A stretch of DNA of 61,097 bases, counting the filler, from Platydemus manokwari (Eukaryota): assembly GCA_037951405.1 (NCBI GenBank). It is 5 parts of 5 records of this genome, joined end to end, with 100 filler letters (N's around TTAATTAATTAA, not from the genome) between each part and the next. Parts side by side here need not be neighbours in the genome. Positions count along the whole stretch, not along the records: positions 25,447 to 39,109 come from JBBMOY011652513.1; positions 39,210 to 51,467 come from JBBMOY010222229.1; 3 more parts are not named here. The stretch is one strand, 5' to 3'. A model generated the notes under the pieces. The model was not told where the DNA came from. It searched no databases and saw nothing but the letters and a program-made list of their open reading frames with translations. This document shows positions 25,447 to 39,334 of the stretch, in pieces. A program made the translations under genes and the position numbers. Positions within the stretch are counted from its first letter, which is position 1, and each line of letters starts with the position of its first letter.

Positions 25447-28083
25447 TTATCATTTTTCTTATTGTTATTCCTATTATTCTTAATAATATTATTATTATTT
25501 TCTTTATTATCATTCTTATTATTGTTATTATTATTATTATTATTTATAATTTAAAAAATCAATCATATCCTTTATATAATATGAAAATTAAAGAAATTAT
25601 TAAATTCAGCGCTTATATTTTCTTTTATTTTTACCATCAATCTATCCAAATTCTTTCCTTTATTGGGATTTTTGTGTTCCTTTTGCCAAGAAATCGATCG
25701 TTTAAATTCTAGTAAACAGATATCGATAATCTTCACAATAAACAATTACTCGACTAATTGAAAAGATTGAATTACTTTTGATTTCTTCAATTATTCTCCA
25801 AAGAACATTTACAGAACGTTCCTAGTTACAACAATTTGTAATTGTGATACGTCTATTGGGACCATTATTGCATTGTTCTTTTGGTCTAGACTGTGGAATA
25901 TTTTTTGTTATTAATATGTTAATGCAACAAACGATAAGATTAATCGGTTCGATTTAATCTTATCATTTGACTGTAATGTTAAGATAAATATTAAGTACTT
26001 TTATAAATTATATTTTAAAAATTATTATTATTTATTATTATTATAATAACGCAGAAAATAATAATAATCATAATAACAATAATAATATGGCTAGTAATGA
26101 TAATTATAATTATACTAGTAATATTAAGTAATAATAATAATCATTATAATAATCCAAATGGTATAAGTTGTTGATAGAATTTCTTGAATCTTTTCAAAAG
26201 AATATAAGTCAAATCAATACCGTTATTATATAGCAATTGCTACGATATTTACCAATGGTTCAATATTGGTTTATTAAATTTTCTTAACAATAGCATTAAG
26301 TATAAAATATTGCGGCCATTTAAACGATAACAACAAGAGTGTGTAAATAAAAAAGAATCTGCAAATCAAATTTTCATATTATTATTATTATCATTATTAT
26401 TATTATTATTGTTATTTTTATTATTGTTATTATTATTATTTCTATTATTATTATTATTATATATCGTAATAATTTTTAATTTTATTTTTTGATCTATAAT
26501 TTAAAGAAAATTAAACATTTTGAAATTTGAAGTTGTTTTTTATAATTTCAATATAATTTTAAGTGAAATAAATAATTTGGAGTTGTTTCTCATTTCTTCA
26601 TATTGATTTACAGCATTAACAAATTTCAAGAATTACGTAATCGACGTTTGTTGTGCGCTGTGCGTTTATATCAAGTTGCTTAAGAGTAACAGTTTATCAA
26701 GATTTTAACAATTATAATTTGCATTATTTTATTTCATATCTCAACAATGGTGCATTGTTTCTGAGTTGTTTCAACCGGACTAATCTTAAGCGTATTACAT
26801 CGAATCTTAACATTGACCATTGTTGTTTAAGTGGAAATTAATGTTAATATTAATGATTACAGTTAATTAAATCATGTAATTATTTTTCTTCTATTTTTAT
26901 ACTGTCCGGCGTATCTGTGTTTTATTATCTCATATTTCGATTCGGTTACATTTCGTCTTTGTCTTTATCTTACAATATTATAAACAGAATTTATTTTTTA
27001 TAAATAGATATCCTTTTTTATTTTTATTCGATGATATTATTACTGTAGAAAATTTTTTGGATATAATATTGATTAATTCACTCAATTTTTCTTCCATTTA
27101 TTACTTTTGTCCTTTATTAGAGGGATATAATAAATTGCTTTTCTATATTTTATTTCTGGTTGTCTTTCTAGGTAAGTCAAACCAAACTCGAGATAAATAA
27201 ATACTATTACAATTATTATGCCTTTCTATTGTTTAATCATAACTCGTAATTTCCTGGTTTTTTCTCTTACACAATCACTAAATATTAATAATTTTTTAGA
27301 TTTGTTTAAATAAAAAAGATTCATAATTTTATCACAATTAGATTCCATATTTAAAGATTTATAACTTGCCATTGAGCGTTAATGAAATTTATTATCACAT
27401 TTTTATCACATTATTATCACTTCTTCGCATAAATATCATAAATTCCTCTAAAAGTTAAAATCATTAAATTTATTTTATTCTTCAGATGTTTAGTTTATAC
27501 TTTCTTTCGATAATTATGAAAATCAATTTTTGACTCAATGTTTAGTTATATGTTATAATCGGTAATAAACAGTATGTTGGGGTTTTGTATAAATTGACTC
27601 CGTTGTGTGCATGATTTAGTGTATTAAAACCAACCCTGTATCAATGTATAAAAGTATTCTGCATGAAACAAAATTTTTTAGATATTTCGTTGTAAGAATT
27701 CTGGAAAAGCTCTGCGGATGACATAAATTAAATATGCAATATAATTTAAACCCAGAATAATATTGCATTATCCGTTTAAAACATCCCTTAAAATATTACA
27801 ATTAAAAACCCTTTAAAAATCCCCTTATAATAAAAAATACCCATAAAATAATAATAAATAATCCGTTATGTGTTATCGTGCGGCAAATATCTAACATCCA
27901 TTATCGTGCATTGCAGATAAAGTATACACCTAAAATAAATTAAATAGCTATGCATTAAATTTAATAACAACGCATTAAAATAATCACAGAGAATTCCTCA
28001 CTACCTTGAAAAATTTTAGGACATTAAACACATATGCACTATGATAAATCAATATTCGCAAAAAATATCCGCGAATGAGTCAT

Positions 28084-28556
28084 TGTTGCCTATATAAGGC
28101 AGTGACTGCAATTAATAAACACCGTAACGACAGTAGGACAGCAACACAATAGCAGAATCGACGCATAGCTATTTCATTCGAAGCGCAGTAGTACATCACA
28201 CCAATATTACGAACCGGGGAAGAAGATTCAATTGTGCATAAGGGATCCAGATTTTGTATATGCCCAGTACTCGTACTGGAAGAACATCAATTTCATAGGA
28301 AGACAAAGTATGATCCATTAAATATAAAATCATTCATAATTTAGGGTCAATCCCAAACATCTTGAATAATCGGCTTTACTCCTCTCAGGAGCATTGTTAA
28401 CCGGAACTTTTGCCAGAATTGTAAAAATCTGTCCGTTTATGTGTATATAAGTATTTGTAAAATCTAATTTTTATTAATTGTATACAAGTAGAAATTTATA
28501 AGCTTATTGTTATCGTTGTATAATTGTAGCTTTTTATATTAATAAACTTCTTATCA
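28084..28556 (+). mobile_element. Possible solo-LTR-like segment
   Basis: Starts TGTTG, contains TATATAAG, is less AT-rich than its flanks, and ends AATAAA-cttct-TATCA. No target-site duplication was found. Confidence 0.3.
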
Positions 28557-31500
28557 AGGAAATTGGTTTTGATATTAGATCGGGAAATGTCATTGGGTTT
28601 CCACAAATTATTTTCTGTAAATATTATCATTATCAAAAATCATCTCATCATCTTTTTGACAAGATATAGTTAAAGTAGTTAAAGGTTAAACAATAATATA
28701 AATCATTATAACAATATCTAGAGCCACCGATCCCGTCTTCATACGTGGATTGGTGTGATCAAGGCGAAGGGATATCAAAAATATCAGATTTAGTGATTAC
28801 CTGTGGGTCATAAGGGCTCAGAGAGCTGATTAGACTCAGATATTGGCAAAGCGAATAAAAATTCAGACTTTGAAATTAAAATAAAAGAAACCGTAGACTC
28901 CCAAAATTATCAAGTATAATAAAAGAATTAAAATGACAAGTAAAATAATAAGCCAAATAAAATAAAAGCAACGATAAATAATAAGACATAATAAACCAAA
29001 TAAAAAAAACGGGTATAAATAATCGATTATTAGTTGAAAGTCGTCATTATACTAGTAAGTCGAAGGATCACAATGAACACAAAACAATTATCTGTTTCGA
29101 CTTAATAAAAAATTATATTAAAATAATTTTAAAATATTATTTAGTCAATTCATTAAGAGGGAACAAAAATTATTTTTAAATTCCGGCTAAATATATGACA
29201 TTGGAATGCCATTGAGCACTGGTGTTTAAAATACCAACAAAATTGAGTTTTCAAGGTGACATCACTTAAAAGTATCGCTACAACGCGATACAGTTAAATT
29301 CGTTTAGTAATGTGCTTAGATATTGTCAAATTACGATCAAGACTACAACCAGAAGTGGAAAAAAATTAATCAAACAGAAAAAATTGGATCTCTAACGGGT
29401 AATTTAAATTTCAATCATGTTATAGCTGTCGGGATAGACACACACAGGCTGCAAGCCTTATAATATAATAGATTACATCATAATAATAAATAATAATAAT
29501 AATAATAATAATCCCAAATAAACCCACATTAATTAAAATGTAGGCGTGTGGGCGAAATTATATTAATAATAACCATACAATTTTTGAAAAATGATTATTA
29601 ACCCACGTTACCATGGCATTAATAAGTCATAGAAATTCAAATATCAATTCAAATAGCCATGACAGTTGTGGATATTGCCAAAGCAATTAGCAAATAAAAT
29701 ATAATATTAATTATGCGCCCACATCCCAGATCACTATATATACTGAAATAAAATTCAGTATTTTCGCCACAAAACCGAACTAATCTAACAGGATCATATT
29801 TTCGAGTTCAAGACAACTCTAATATCTATTCAACGTTCAACGATTATTATACATTCGAGTTCAACAAGTTCCAGAATCATTCCAGAATTTATTCAGCGTT
29901 CAACAAATCACTTTGATCAAGCTTTATTTAGCAACGTATATATTCACAAATGGTAAACTTAATTCTTTCAATTAATCAATTGATATCATTCACCGAAAGG
30001 AGATTTGTTGTCAGCCACTAACACTTCGCAAAGTCCTAATTGAATTTGTGAGCATTAAAATCGAACTTCTTTAGTTTTCATATCGTAGTGGGACGCCACT
30101 TAATTCCTTCCGGCGGTTTTTCATTACTGATAAAACTCTTCAGGACACGACAAGCTTCTCTTTCTAAAATCTATTCGCATTGGACATTTGCTAATTGTTA
30201 TTATAATAAAGTATTTTATCATATCTTTATTGTTCTCAATATTTATATTATATACACGCAACCTAATTAATCTGTGCAGTTTCAGATATTGGTGGAAACA
30301 TCAATCTCTAACTCACGGTCTCACACAAAATAATATAGTAAATGATCGATTGAAAAATCGTTGATTTATTATTAAATTCTCACCAAAGAACCTGACACAA
30401 CCGGTTTCCACCATAACCATAACTTTGAAAGTACACACCAAAAAATCAAAATTTGTAAAATGCCTTATAATGTATTGAAGAATAAAGCTGGGAAATTATT
30501 CACATTCGACAATAAATAGATTCACTGACCTCTTCTTTTGTTTGGACTTGAATCGGTAATAACACGAGGCCAGTATTTTTTATACATTCATTTTTATGGC
30601 ACTGCAACTTGCACAGTAAAATCAATAAATATCATTTGAATAAATGTTTTATTATTGCATAGTTAATTTATCATTAACTCTATAATTTACTATTGTTGCA
30701 TTGACAAAAGTGATTTATTTGCATTCTTATTGATTTACCATATGTTTTGAAAGGAATCATTTGATTTGTGGAGACAACTCCATAATTTAAATCAATATTT
30801 CATTAAATATAACTTATGACTAACAACATAGGTGCAATCCCATTAAACGAAAAAATGTTAAATTTCAACTCCGATGAGAAACTCTTTGCTATAGAAGTGG
30901 AATCAATAGGAATATTCGAGTAAAATGAGTTTGTAACTTGACTCATAAGTTATTCATTGTTTCAGCAACTTTATAATTGTCGAGTTTCAAATACCAACAC
31001 ACGTAAAATTAAATTCCTTAAATACCATTTATTCGAATATCGTAAAGGGTTCATCACATACATATTTTAATAATATTATTAAAAACACTTCCGTATTTTA
31101 AATGAACCACTAAAGTGCATTACATAATCGGTGACCGCAACTCACTTTACATTACTTGTTCCTGCTATTTTAACAATATATAATATTGTCAATACAATAC
31201 CCAATCAAACGGAAATATCCAGAAAACAAATGGACCATGTTACAACCAGAACCGAATTGGCCATCAATAGATTTATATAATTATATACAAATATGTACAT
31301 ATAATTATCAGTATAAATATATTAAAAGATAAGTTTATTATGTCTTTCGAGTTTGAAAATAAATATTGATTTTTACTCTTAAATCAAATTAAAACAATGA
31401 AAAATTAATAAAATAAACTAAAATTCCATCAGCAACTATTTATAGAAATCCGACAGTATAAAACTTTGAGTGACCACATTTAAAACTGGTGCCTTGAGAA

Positions 31501-32503
31501 TGCGTTTTTAGTCACTGATTAATCGTGGTTCAGTTGTGTTTAGAAAATTAATCATTTGTAAATTATATAATTGATTTTTTTTGCTTTAGAAATTATCGAC
31601 AGCTGGAAAAATAAAATCTATTTCTCGTAATTTTTAAAATAATCAAATAACAACGTCATTGTACATCTTTTCCTTGATATTTGTAACATGCCTTTTAAAA
31701 CCTATTCAAATCTTAACAAAATTCTTTTATCGCTTATTTATTGATTTCTCCAACCTCCGGAGATTTTTCATCTCTCTATTCATTTTCAATGGAATTAAAT
31801 TGTTGTATTTACAAATAAAACATAAGTTTCAACAATCCATCATAGAAAATTTCCTACTTAACAACGATCTCCAAGGACCCATAAGAACATAATATCACAA
31901 ATAACATTGCATGTAAACAAAAATGATAATGAAAATGCACTTTTAAAAGAGAAAATTTCACAGGAATAAAGTAGCAATCTGATATCAAAAGGTAAACAAT
32001 ATTGGAAAACGATTTACGTTGGATAAGAGAGAAATCAGTGAGATAAAAATACAAAAACTTATAAAAATATATTACAAATTTCACACGAATAATGGATTCG
32101 AATCAATAATGATCAGCCGTGCTTTGTAATGAACAGTTTTTTTTTCGAACCAAATTTTTAAAAAATGGATTTCATCCGTAAAATCAGTTGGTTGTGTTGA
32201 ATTTTTCTAATTTTGGAATAACTAAGACAAAAATTGAGCAAATTTCAAAACCGTAAATAATAATATATCGATTCAGTGCAGTCACTTGGTATGTACACTC
32301 CATAGAGCAGGCACAAACACACACGCGCGCACACTCACACAGTGTTACTCTCACATACACACGCACACACCGACACGTACAAGTACTGAAATGACTCACA
32401 CGAATGGGTCACATGTCAATAAAAAGTTTACTGTTGCGGGGGAAACAATAACATAATATCTACAAGCAACTCTCCTCCAACTCATCAATCAATAAGAGCA
32501 CTA

Positions 32504-35386
32504 CTATAATACATTAAGATCTGTGAACAAATTCGACCTTTTCGTGGGTAAAATCGATTTCCCCTTCCATCCGATTTTGTTGATATCACTATCCGACATT
32601 AATTGATCGAAATCATTCATTTTTGTGCTCATCTCCACCAGACTCAACAGCTCCTCATCGATACCGGTATGCATGGCAATGATATGATTCGACACCAACG
32701 AGACCGATTTGCAAGTGAACCAATTGCATTTCGAGCAGATGAAAATGAGAGAATTGAATTTTTTGCCCACTCTCACTTTGCTATGGCAATAGATTTTCAT
32801 TTGATCTTTGATTTTTGGAAATCTCTCCATTATCGATTCGATGCGACAGAGATTTCTCAAAATATTCTCCGAATAATTTAAACAGATATCCCGTTCGATG
32901 ATGATTTTTTTCGGATCTTCAACGTTGAGAGACAGTCGTGACTTTTTCGCCATATCCTGATTCACTACCAGACTGGAAAATCGTTTTTTATTGATTTCCG
33001 AACTATAGATTGTGGATTTGACATCATCAATCGATGATTTGGCCACAACCGGACAACTTTTCCGTGCGTCGATTTGATTGGTTTTCGAGTCGGTATTTTG
33101 CAATTTATGGCAGATGGTATTGATTTCTTCACTGGGGTCTCTTTTGCACAATTTTATACAATCTCTCACCAAATAGCCCGCAATGCCACAATGTCTGGCC
33201 ATGATATGCTTTTTGACGTCGCCTTGATTGTGCTGTGATTTATATCCGCAAATGATGCACACGAAATACTTGACACCGTTGATGTAGATGATTTCCAAGG
33301 AGCATTGTTTGTAGACGTCCAATTTTTTCTCCAGATCACTGAGAAATTCGCTCGTAGCATTGGGGAAAGAGGTTTTCAAAAGATTTTTCGCGTAATACAT
33401 TTGAATCAAAGTCCCATGACCGGAATAGTATGGATTGTCCATTTCGACGACTATCGGACTGGAACTGTTGTCCGGTTTGGTGGAATTAATTGTTTCGATT
33501 GTTTCCGGATTGCTTGCTCGACATTCTTGTTCGATTTCCTCAACATCTTCAACCTCTTCAATGATATCGTCACGCTCGATCAGATCGACAAGCTTGATAC
33601 ATTTGTGAGAATCGGGATTATTGATTCCACAATGCCACACCAAAATATGTCTCCTCACATCCCAATGGGAATAATTGGAAAAATAATCACATTTCAAACA
33701 ATGAAAAGATCGTTTCGATTTCACAAAAAGAACTCCAACGCAATATTTTTCCACTTCGATCAGTTTTTTCTTCAATCGACTGCAGGTTTCCGCACCGACG
33801 CCTTTGAAAATCGTTTCGAACTGTTCCATTCGACAGACCAATTTCAAAACATGAGTAAACTTTTGTTTCGATTTGCTATTATCTGTAATAGAGTCCGTTG
33901 GTATGGCAACCGGGTCGATATTGCTATCTTCATTATCGATATCGATTTGTTCACTGATATTCACTTCATCGTTGAGCGATACATTTTCCGGACAATTTTC
34001 ACGACAATCGACCAATGAAATCAATTTCACACATTTCTGATAATCTTTATTCGATATTGAACAGTGCCAATTCATAATGTGTTTCCGAACATTCCATTTG
34101 GAATGGAGTGACGTATAATTGCAGCTCATGCAATGGAAAACTTTCTTGTTGTTTTTCTCGATGATTCCAATCGAATGCTGCTTGAGAGAGTTCAATTTCT
34201 TTTCCAGATCAACGGTGTAAGGTGGCGTCTTTGAAATCGAGTTGAATGAATCCTTTTGATAATCGATTCTCAGAACAAAATCAAAATCTTTCTCCATATT
34301 CACTTTCCGCGATATATTTCTATTTCCTGGCCGTCGAATAACTTTGGATTTCAATTTGGGAATTGATAATATTTTGGTAACTTTTCGAGCTCGACTGATG
34401 AGTTTGTTGGGTCCTTTGATTTTTTGCTTATTGAATTCCACAAGCATCAAACTCCGTCGAGAATCTTTAAAGGCCATTGAACAATGCAACATCATAATAT
34501 GCTTTTTAATATCCCAATGGGAATATTGTGGTGCATAATCGCATTCCAAACAACTGTAGAGTTTTCTTTCGTTTTTAAATGAGACTCCAACGGAAAATTG
34601 TTCAACAGAAAATAATTTTTTCTTTATTACTGAAATTTCTTTAGAATTGACATTTTTAAATGTTTCGTCGAATAATTCTTTTCGGCATTTCAGTTTCCAA
34701 ATGCAATCGAAATTGGAATTGTCAATCATTGGGTTTTCATCATTGGTTTTATTGCTGGTATCTAAATCTTCATCGGGAACTTCAACCTTAAGTTGGATAT
34801 CATTTAGTAGGCACTTATTGTTGTTCTTAGATTCTGATTCATTGAATAAACAATCAAACGTATGTTCTGCAAGGCACGAATCGCTAATATGACCAGATAT
34901 ATTCTTGTGAAAATTCAATTCTTCATTGTCATTGGTTTTCATTTGACATCCTTCGAATGTGCAATGATAAACAATTTTTAAATTATCATTGATATGATCA
35001 ATGAGTTTAGAATTATCAGTGTACTTAATTTTACAAAGAGGACAAATGCTTTCATTATCATGTTGAATCATTAAATGATCCAAAACGGATTCATGACTGT
35101 CCATTTTAACGGACATGTTACACAAATTACAAACGTGTGTTGACATAAGATTTTCTTCAAAATGTGACTCAATATGATCGGAAATTTGTGAAAAATCAAA
35201 GCTAACTCCACAATATATACAACTTACTTGATCATAATCAATATGATTTTCATGAAGATGATTTTCATATTCTGTTTTTGAATTAGTAAAAAATGTCGAA
35301 CATTTTGGACAAATAAACTTTCCCATGCTTGCCTCTTGAACTGCAACTTTATTTAAAAATGAATTCGTATTAAGTAACTTAATCAT
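32504..35386 (-). CDS. Intronless 960-aa C2H2-type zinc-finger protein with five extended finger modules
   Basis: Long uninterrupted ORF. N-terminal fingers: CPKC..HLHENH, CIYC..HIESH, CNLC..HLMIQH, CPLC.., CTFEGC..H..H. Five repeats are centred on CxxCx[YW]...HIxxxH[CT]. Confidence 0.9.
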   Translation of the reverse strand: MIKLLNTNSFLNKVAVQEASMGKFICPKCSTFFTNSKTEYENHLHENHIDYDQVSCIYCGVSFDFSQISDHIESHFEENLMSTHVCNLCNMSVKMDSHESVLDHLMIQHDNESICPLCKIKYTDNSKLIDHINDNLKIVYHCTFEGCQMKTNDNEELNFHKNISGHISDSCLAEHTFDCLFNESESKNNNKCLLNDIQLKVEVPDEDLDTSNKTNDENPMIDNSNFDCIWKLKCRKELFDETFKNVNSKEISVIKKKLFSVEQFSVGVSFKNERKLYSCLECDYAPQYSHWDIKKHIMMLHCSMAFKDSRRSLMLVEFNKQKIKGPNKLISRARKVTKILSIPKLKSKVIRRPGNRNISRKVNMEKDFDFVLRIDYQKDSFNSISKTPPYTVDLEKKLNSLKQHSIGIIEKNNKKVFHCMSCNYTSLHSKWNVRKHIMNWHCSISNKDYQKCVKLISLVDCRENCPENVSLNDEVNISEQIDIDNEDSNIDPVAIPTDSITDNSKSKQKFTHVLKLVCRMEQFETIFKGVGAETCSRLKKKLIEVEKYCVGVLFVKSKRSFHCLKCDYFSNYSHWDVRRHILVWHCGINNPDSHKCIKLVDLIERDDIIEEVEDVEEIEQECRASNPETIETINSTKPDNSSSPIVVEMDNPYYSGHGTLIQMYYAKNLLKTSFPNATSEFLSDLEKKLDVYKQCSLEIIYINGVKYFVCIICGYKSQHNQGDVKKHIMARHCGIAGYLVRDCIKLCKRDPSEEINTICHKLQNTDSKTNQIDARKSCPVVAKSSIDDVKSTIYSSEINKKRFSSLVVNQDMAKKSRLSLNVEDPKKIIIERDICLNYSENILRNLCRIESIMERFPKIKDQMKIYCHSKVRVGKKFNSLIFICSKCNWFTCKSVSLVSNHIIAMHTGIDEELLSLVEMSTKMNDFDQLMSDSDINKIGWKGKSILPTKRSNLFTDLNVL

Positions 35387-38109
35387 TATTTAAAATAACA
35401 ATATTTCCAATTTGAATATTAAAAGAAATTATAATTAAATATCTTATTTTTATTCGTTGTTAAACTAAAAACTTAGTTTTATTAAACAAATATAGATAAA
35501 ATAATTTTAAATTTTAGTCTTTTAAAATGAAAATCAGATTCCAAATAAATTGCCCTTATATCTCTAATTCATTACAAATTGCAGATGTTTCAAGAATAAT
35601 TAATTTTTCGGAACTTTATTGCTAGTTATTGGTATTATTGTTACTAGACAAAATGAAAACAAAATTTTCAATTTTTATTCACTAAGTTTAATTTAATTCA
35701 TCACAAACTATATATTTACCAAAAATTACATATTACTTAAAAATATTAGTGCGCGAGGAAATTTATGTTTTTTTAAAACAAATATATGTCAAAATGAAGG
35801 AATTATCATGTTAATAAAATTCTATTACCAACATGCTTTAACGAACAAACTGGTTTAAATAGTATCAGTCTGAAGGTATTCGCTCTTAGTATCTCAATTT
35901 TGCATTCGAGAGAGTTAATGTAATAATGATTTTAAAATAAAAAAAATAATAAAGCAATAAAATGTTTAGCAATTATTTGAAATCAATTAATTGCATTAAT
36001 TTTATTAATGTTTTATAGTCAATAGATGAAATTAAACAAGGTTTTTTATTTCTTAAAATAAAATTCAGATGTTTCATAGGTCAGTACTGGGACTTAAAAG
36101 ACCAATTTAAGTGATAACCTTCGTTACTGTTGTATTCATTAAAAAATTGAAACGATGTTGCTTCGTGATTCCAATTCAAAAAGTAAATCTATGTTGGGAT
36201 GTGTATGATGTTTTTATGTAATGTTTTATACTTGAAACTCAACAGCATTGAATCCTTGTTTATTATTTGTTCTATTAAATCGTTAAGCAAATTTATCAGA
36301 ATTAAACACTAACGATTGTAAAATTTTATATATGATATCAATAAATTTTTACATAACACTAAATTGACTCATGAGTTTTATATAACAATTTGGTTAAGTT
36401 ATCTCGCCGTGATCGTGGTAACTGTTTCTAAATGTTCACATATTTTAGTATGTAGTTTAAGATATTGATTCCTTTAGAGCAATTATTTATTATTCGTTTT
36501 TAATTAAGATTACCAAAAAATGTATATATTATTTTCTTATTATTATTATCAAATAGAGTTTATCAATTTCTTCAAATTCTAATAGGCTTCAAAATTCTTT
36601 TAAATAATGAGAGAAATCCATCAGCTTATATAGATGCTGAGACTTGTACCTATGATTTTCCATCACTTTTGGTAATTTTAAATCATTTTTCCTCATTCTT
36701 TAATTATTTATCATTTGAAAAGTAATTTAAAATTAAAAATTCATTAATCTGGCTGATATTACAAATTTTAATATGTTTTGTCAACCTTAAAAATTATCAA
36801 TTAAATTCCTTTTTATTCTTAACTTATTTTCTGATTATAATTATCTGATTTATAAAGTATTTTACAAATTACATATTTTATTGAAATTTTTACAACATCA
36901 CTAAAAATAATCAAATAATGCAATTTTTTGTATTTGATTTGTGGATTATTTTGATGAATTTTGTAGTTGTTCATGTGCGAACTGATTAGGACGATTGAGT
37001 GAAAAATAAACGGCAGTTCATTTGGACCGACATATTTGATACATTTTAAAATATATTTATATTAAAAATTGAAAACGATTAACATATTTTTATTGAAATT
37101 TTTGATGAAATATATTTATTTTGTTTATGAGATATCTATTAATGCTAATGCTAAATATTCAAAGTTGTAATTATGACTCACAATTGTTTACTTTAAAACA
37201 AATTGCCAGGAGTTGCATTAGATAAGATTAGCACCTGAAAGATAAAATAACAACCAAATTAGAATGACTGGGTTAGTCCCCTCACACAACCTGATACCTA
37301 CCTCTAAACTATATATATATATATATCGACTTAATTAATTGGCATCGCTGTTTTTGGTTTTTCTGATGTTGATTCTTATAATTTTAGTTTGATAGGTTGA
37401 ATTTCTTTATTATTCATTTTTAGCTAATGCGATCATGATATTCAGGGGCAGAGATTTGTAAAATATGATTGAATTTCATTCAATACATTGAAAAGTAGTT
37501 CTCATCATAATTAACTTAAACACTGGTATTGAAAGAAGTTAGTTTAAACAGGATATAATCCGGTTTTGTCACTGTGTACATTGAAGGTGTAAAATCTTTG
37601 ATAGATGACTAATCGTAGGGTTACATCTATTTATTGTCTTGTAAATTCACCAATAAACTTTAGAGAAGCGTTCTTATGATAATACCACTGTAGAAATGTT
37701 GTGGATGTGTAAGAGCAATAATATTCATGCTGACTTTATTCAGTAATATGCCCACGTAGGTGGAGTTACCAGTGGGTTATGCACGATTTGCTAGCTGGTT
37801 GATGCAGAAATGCTTAAAATTTTTAAAATCATTGCATTTATTAACGTTTTCAAAAACAAGAGATTTTGAAATTAAAAACATGTTTATATAGATCATATTT
37901 CTTACACCTCTTGACGAGCACACATATTTAAAAGGTAGCGATTTTGCCCTGTGATCAGATTATAATGATAATTTCTGTAAATTATAAGGGACTCCTCTTC
38001 ATTTGGCTACAATCCATTTTTCTGTACCGTCAAGGGTATCACCCATCCAAATCAATCTAACAAATAATCAACACAAACACGATAATGATAATTCAGTCAT
38101 CAAATAAAA

Positions 38110-38129
38110 ACAACAACAATAATAATAAC

Positions 38130-38177
<48 letters not shown>
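38110..38177. repeat. (AAT)n/(AAC)n microsatellite
   Basis: Long near-perfect aat run. Confidence 0.95.
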
Positions 38178-38178
<1 letters not shown>

Positions 38179-39109
38179 GCACGATGATAATAATACAATC
38201 GCAATAAATAATGCGAGAACAATAAAATATTAGCTAATTTAAAAATGCGAATAAAGATAGTAGTGAGGCATAAAAACAGTACATCAAAAATTCTTATATA
38301 TTTTATGAACAAAATAAATTTAAAAATCAAATGTCGGTAGTTCAAATTATAAGCATCGGTAAAAAATAGTATATAAAGATACATCATTTCATAACATCGA
38401 CCCACTAAAAAATCTTAGCTAGAAAAGATAATTCGGATCCTGAAGATAATTCAAATCTTTGTTTACTGAAGGAAGATATTTTGTAAATAAGTAAAATTTA
38501 ATTAAGACCAGTGTGAACTAATAAAACAACAACCACCCCAAATAACTAAAAGTATGATTTGCTTTCTAGTATAAGTTTGTCTTCAATTTTCAGTTTATCA
38601 TTTTTGTCTTTATCTTAGAAATCTTTCATTTGTTTCTGTTAATAGTGAACATTTAGATTTATACTTACCAGGCTATACTAAGACACTCCTTCATGTTAAT
38701 AATTTAATCATCCTATTATATATAATGAAACTTTCAGTTTAAATGTCAAATCTAATAAGTTTCTGTGTTTGAATAAAAAAATGTTTATCACTTACTGGAC
38801 TGCTCTACATTCCTGCATGCAAATCTGTTTGAGGAGATATGGTCATATAGATAAGTTTGGACAGTGATTATAAATAAAAGTGACATGTTAATCAACATCA
38901 TACTATAACGTTTTACCAATAAGTCTGTTTATAGATGGTCCGTCAAAGTTTTCATATTTTATGATCCTGAATATTCGATTCACTTCTTCTAAGATGTTGT
39001 GATATACTCAGCAATATAGTATTTCTTGTTTATTTTAATTATAATTATTTTAAATATATTTTTATGATATAAATTTAGGTGATATAATTTGTATATATAA
39101 TTAAATATA

Positions 39110-39209
39110 NNNNNNNNNNNNNNNNNNNNNNNNNNNNNNNNNNNNNNNNNNNNTTAATTAATTAANNNNNNNNNNNNNNNNNNNNNNNNNNNNNNNNNNN
39201 NNNNNNNNN
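39110..39209. other. Artificial contig spacer
   Basis: 44 N + TTAATTAATTAA + 44 N. Confidence 0.98.
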
Positions 39210-39334
39210 CTTATTTTTTAAGCGAGTTATAGTCTTTTAAAGTTGCTGTTAGATAACGGCCATTATTTTTGCACCAACCTAATATTACATATTTTTTTTT
39301 ATTTTGATGCTTTATTTAGCATTGTTCACAATGT

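Noticed and set aside
33305-34018. 237-aa plus-strand ORF and other ORFs overlapping real CDSs
   Set aside because: Antisense shadows of the zinc-finger, RT, SHOC2 and LRR coding frames, with no motifs of their own.
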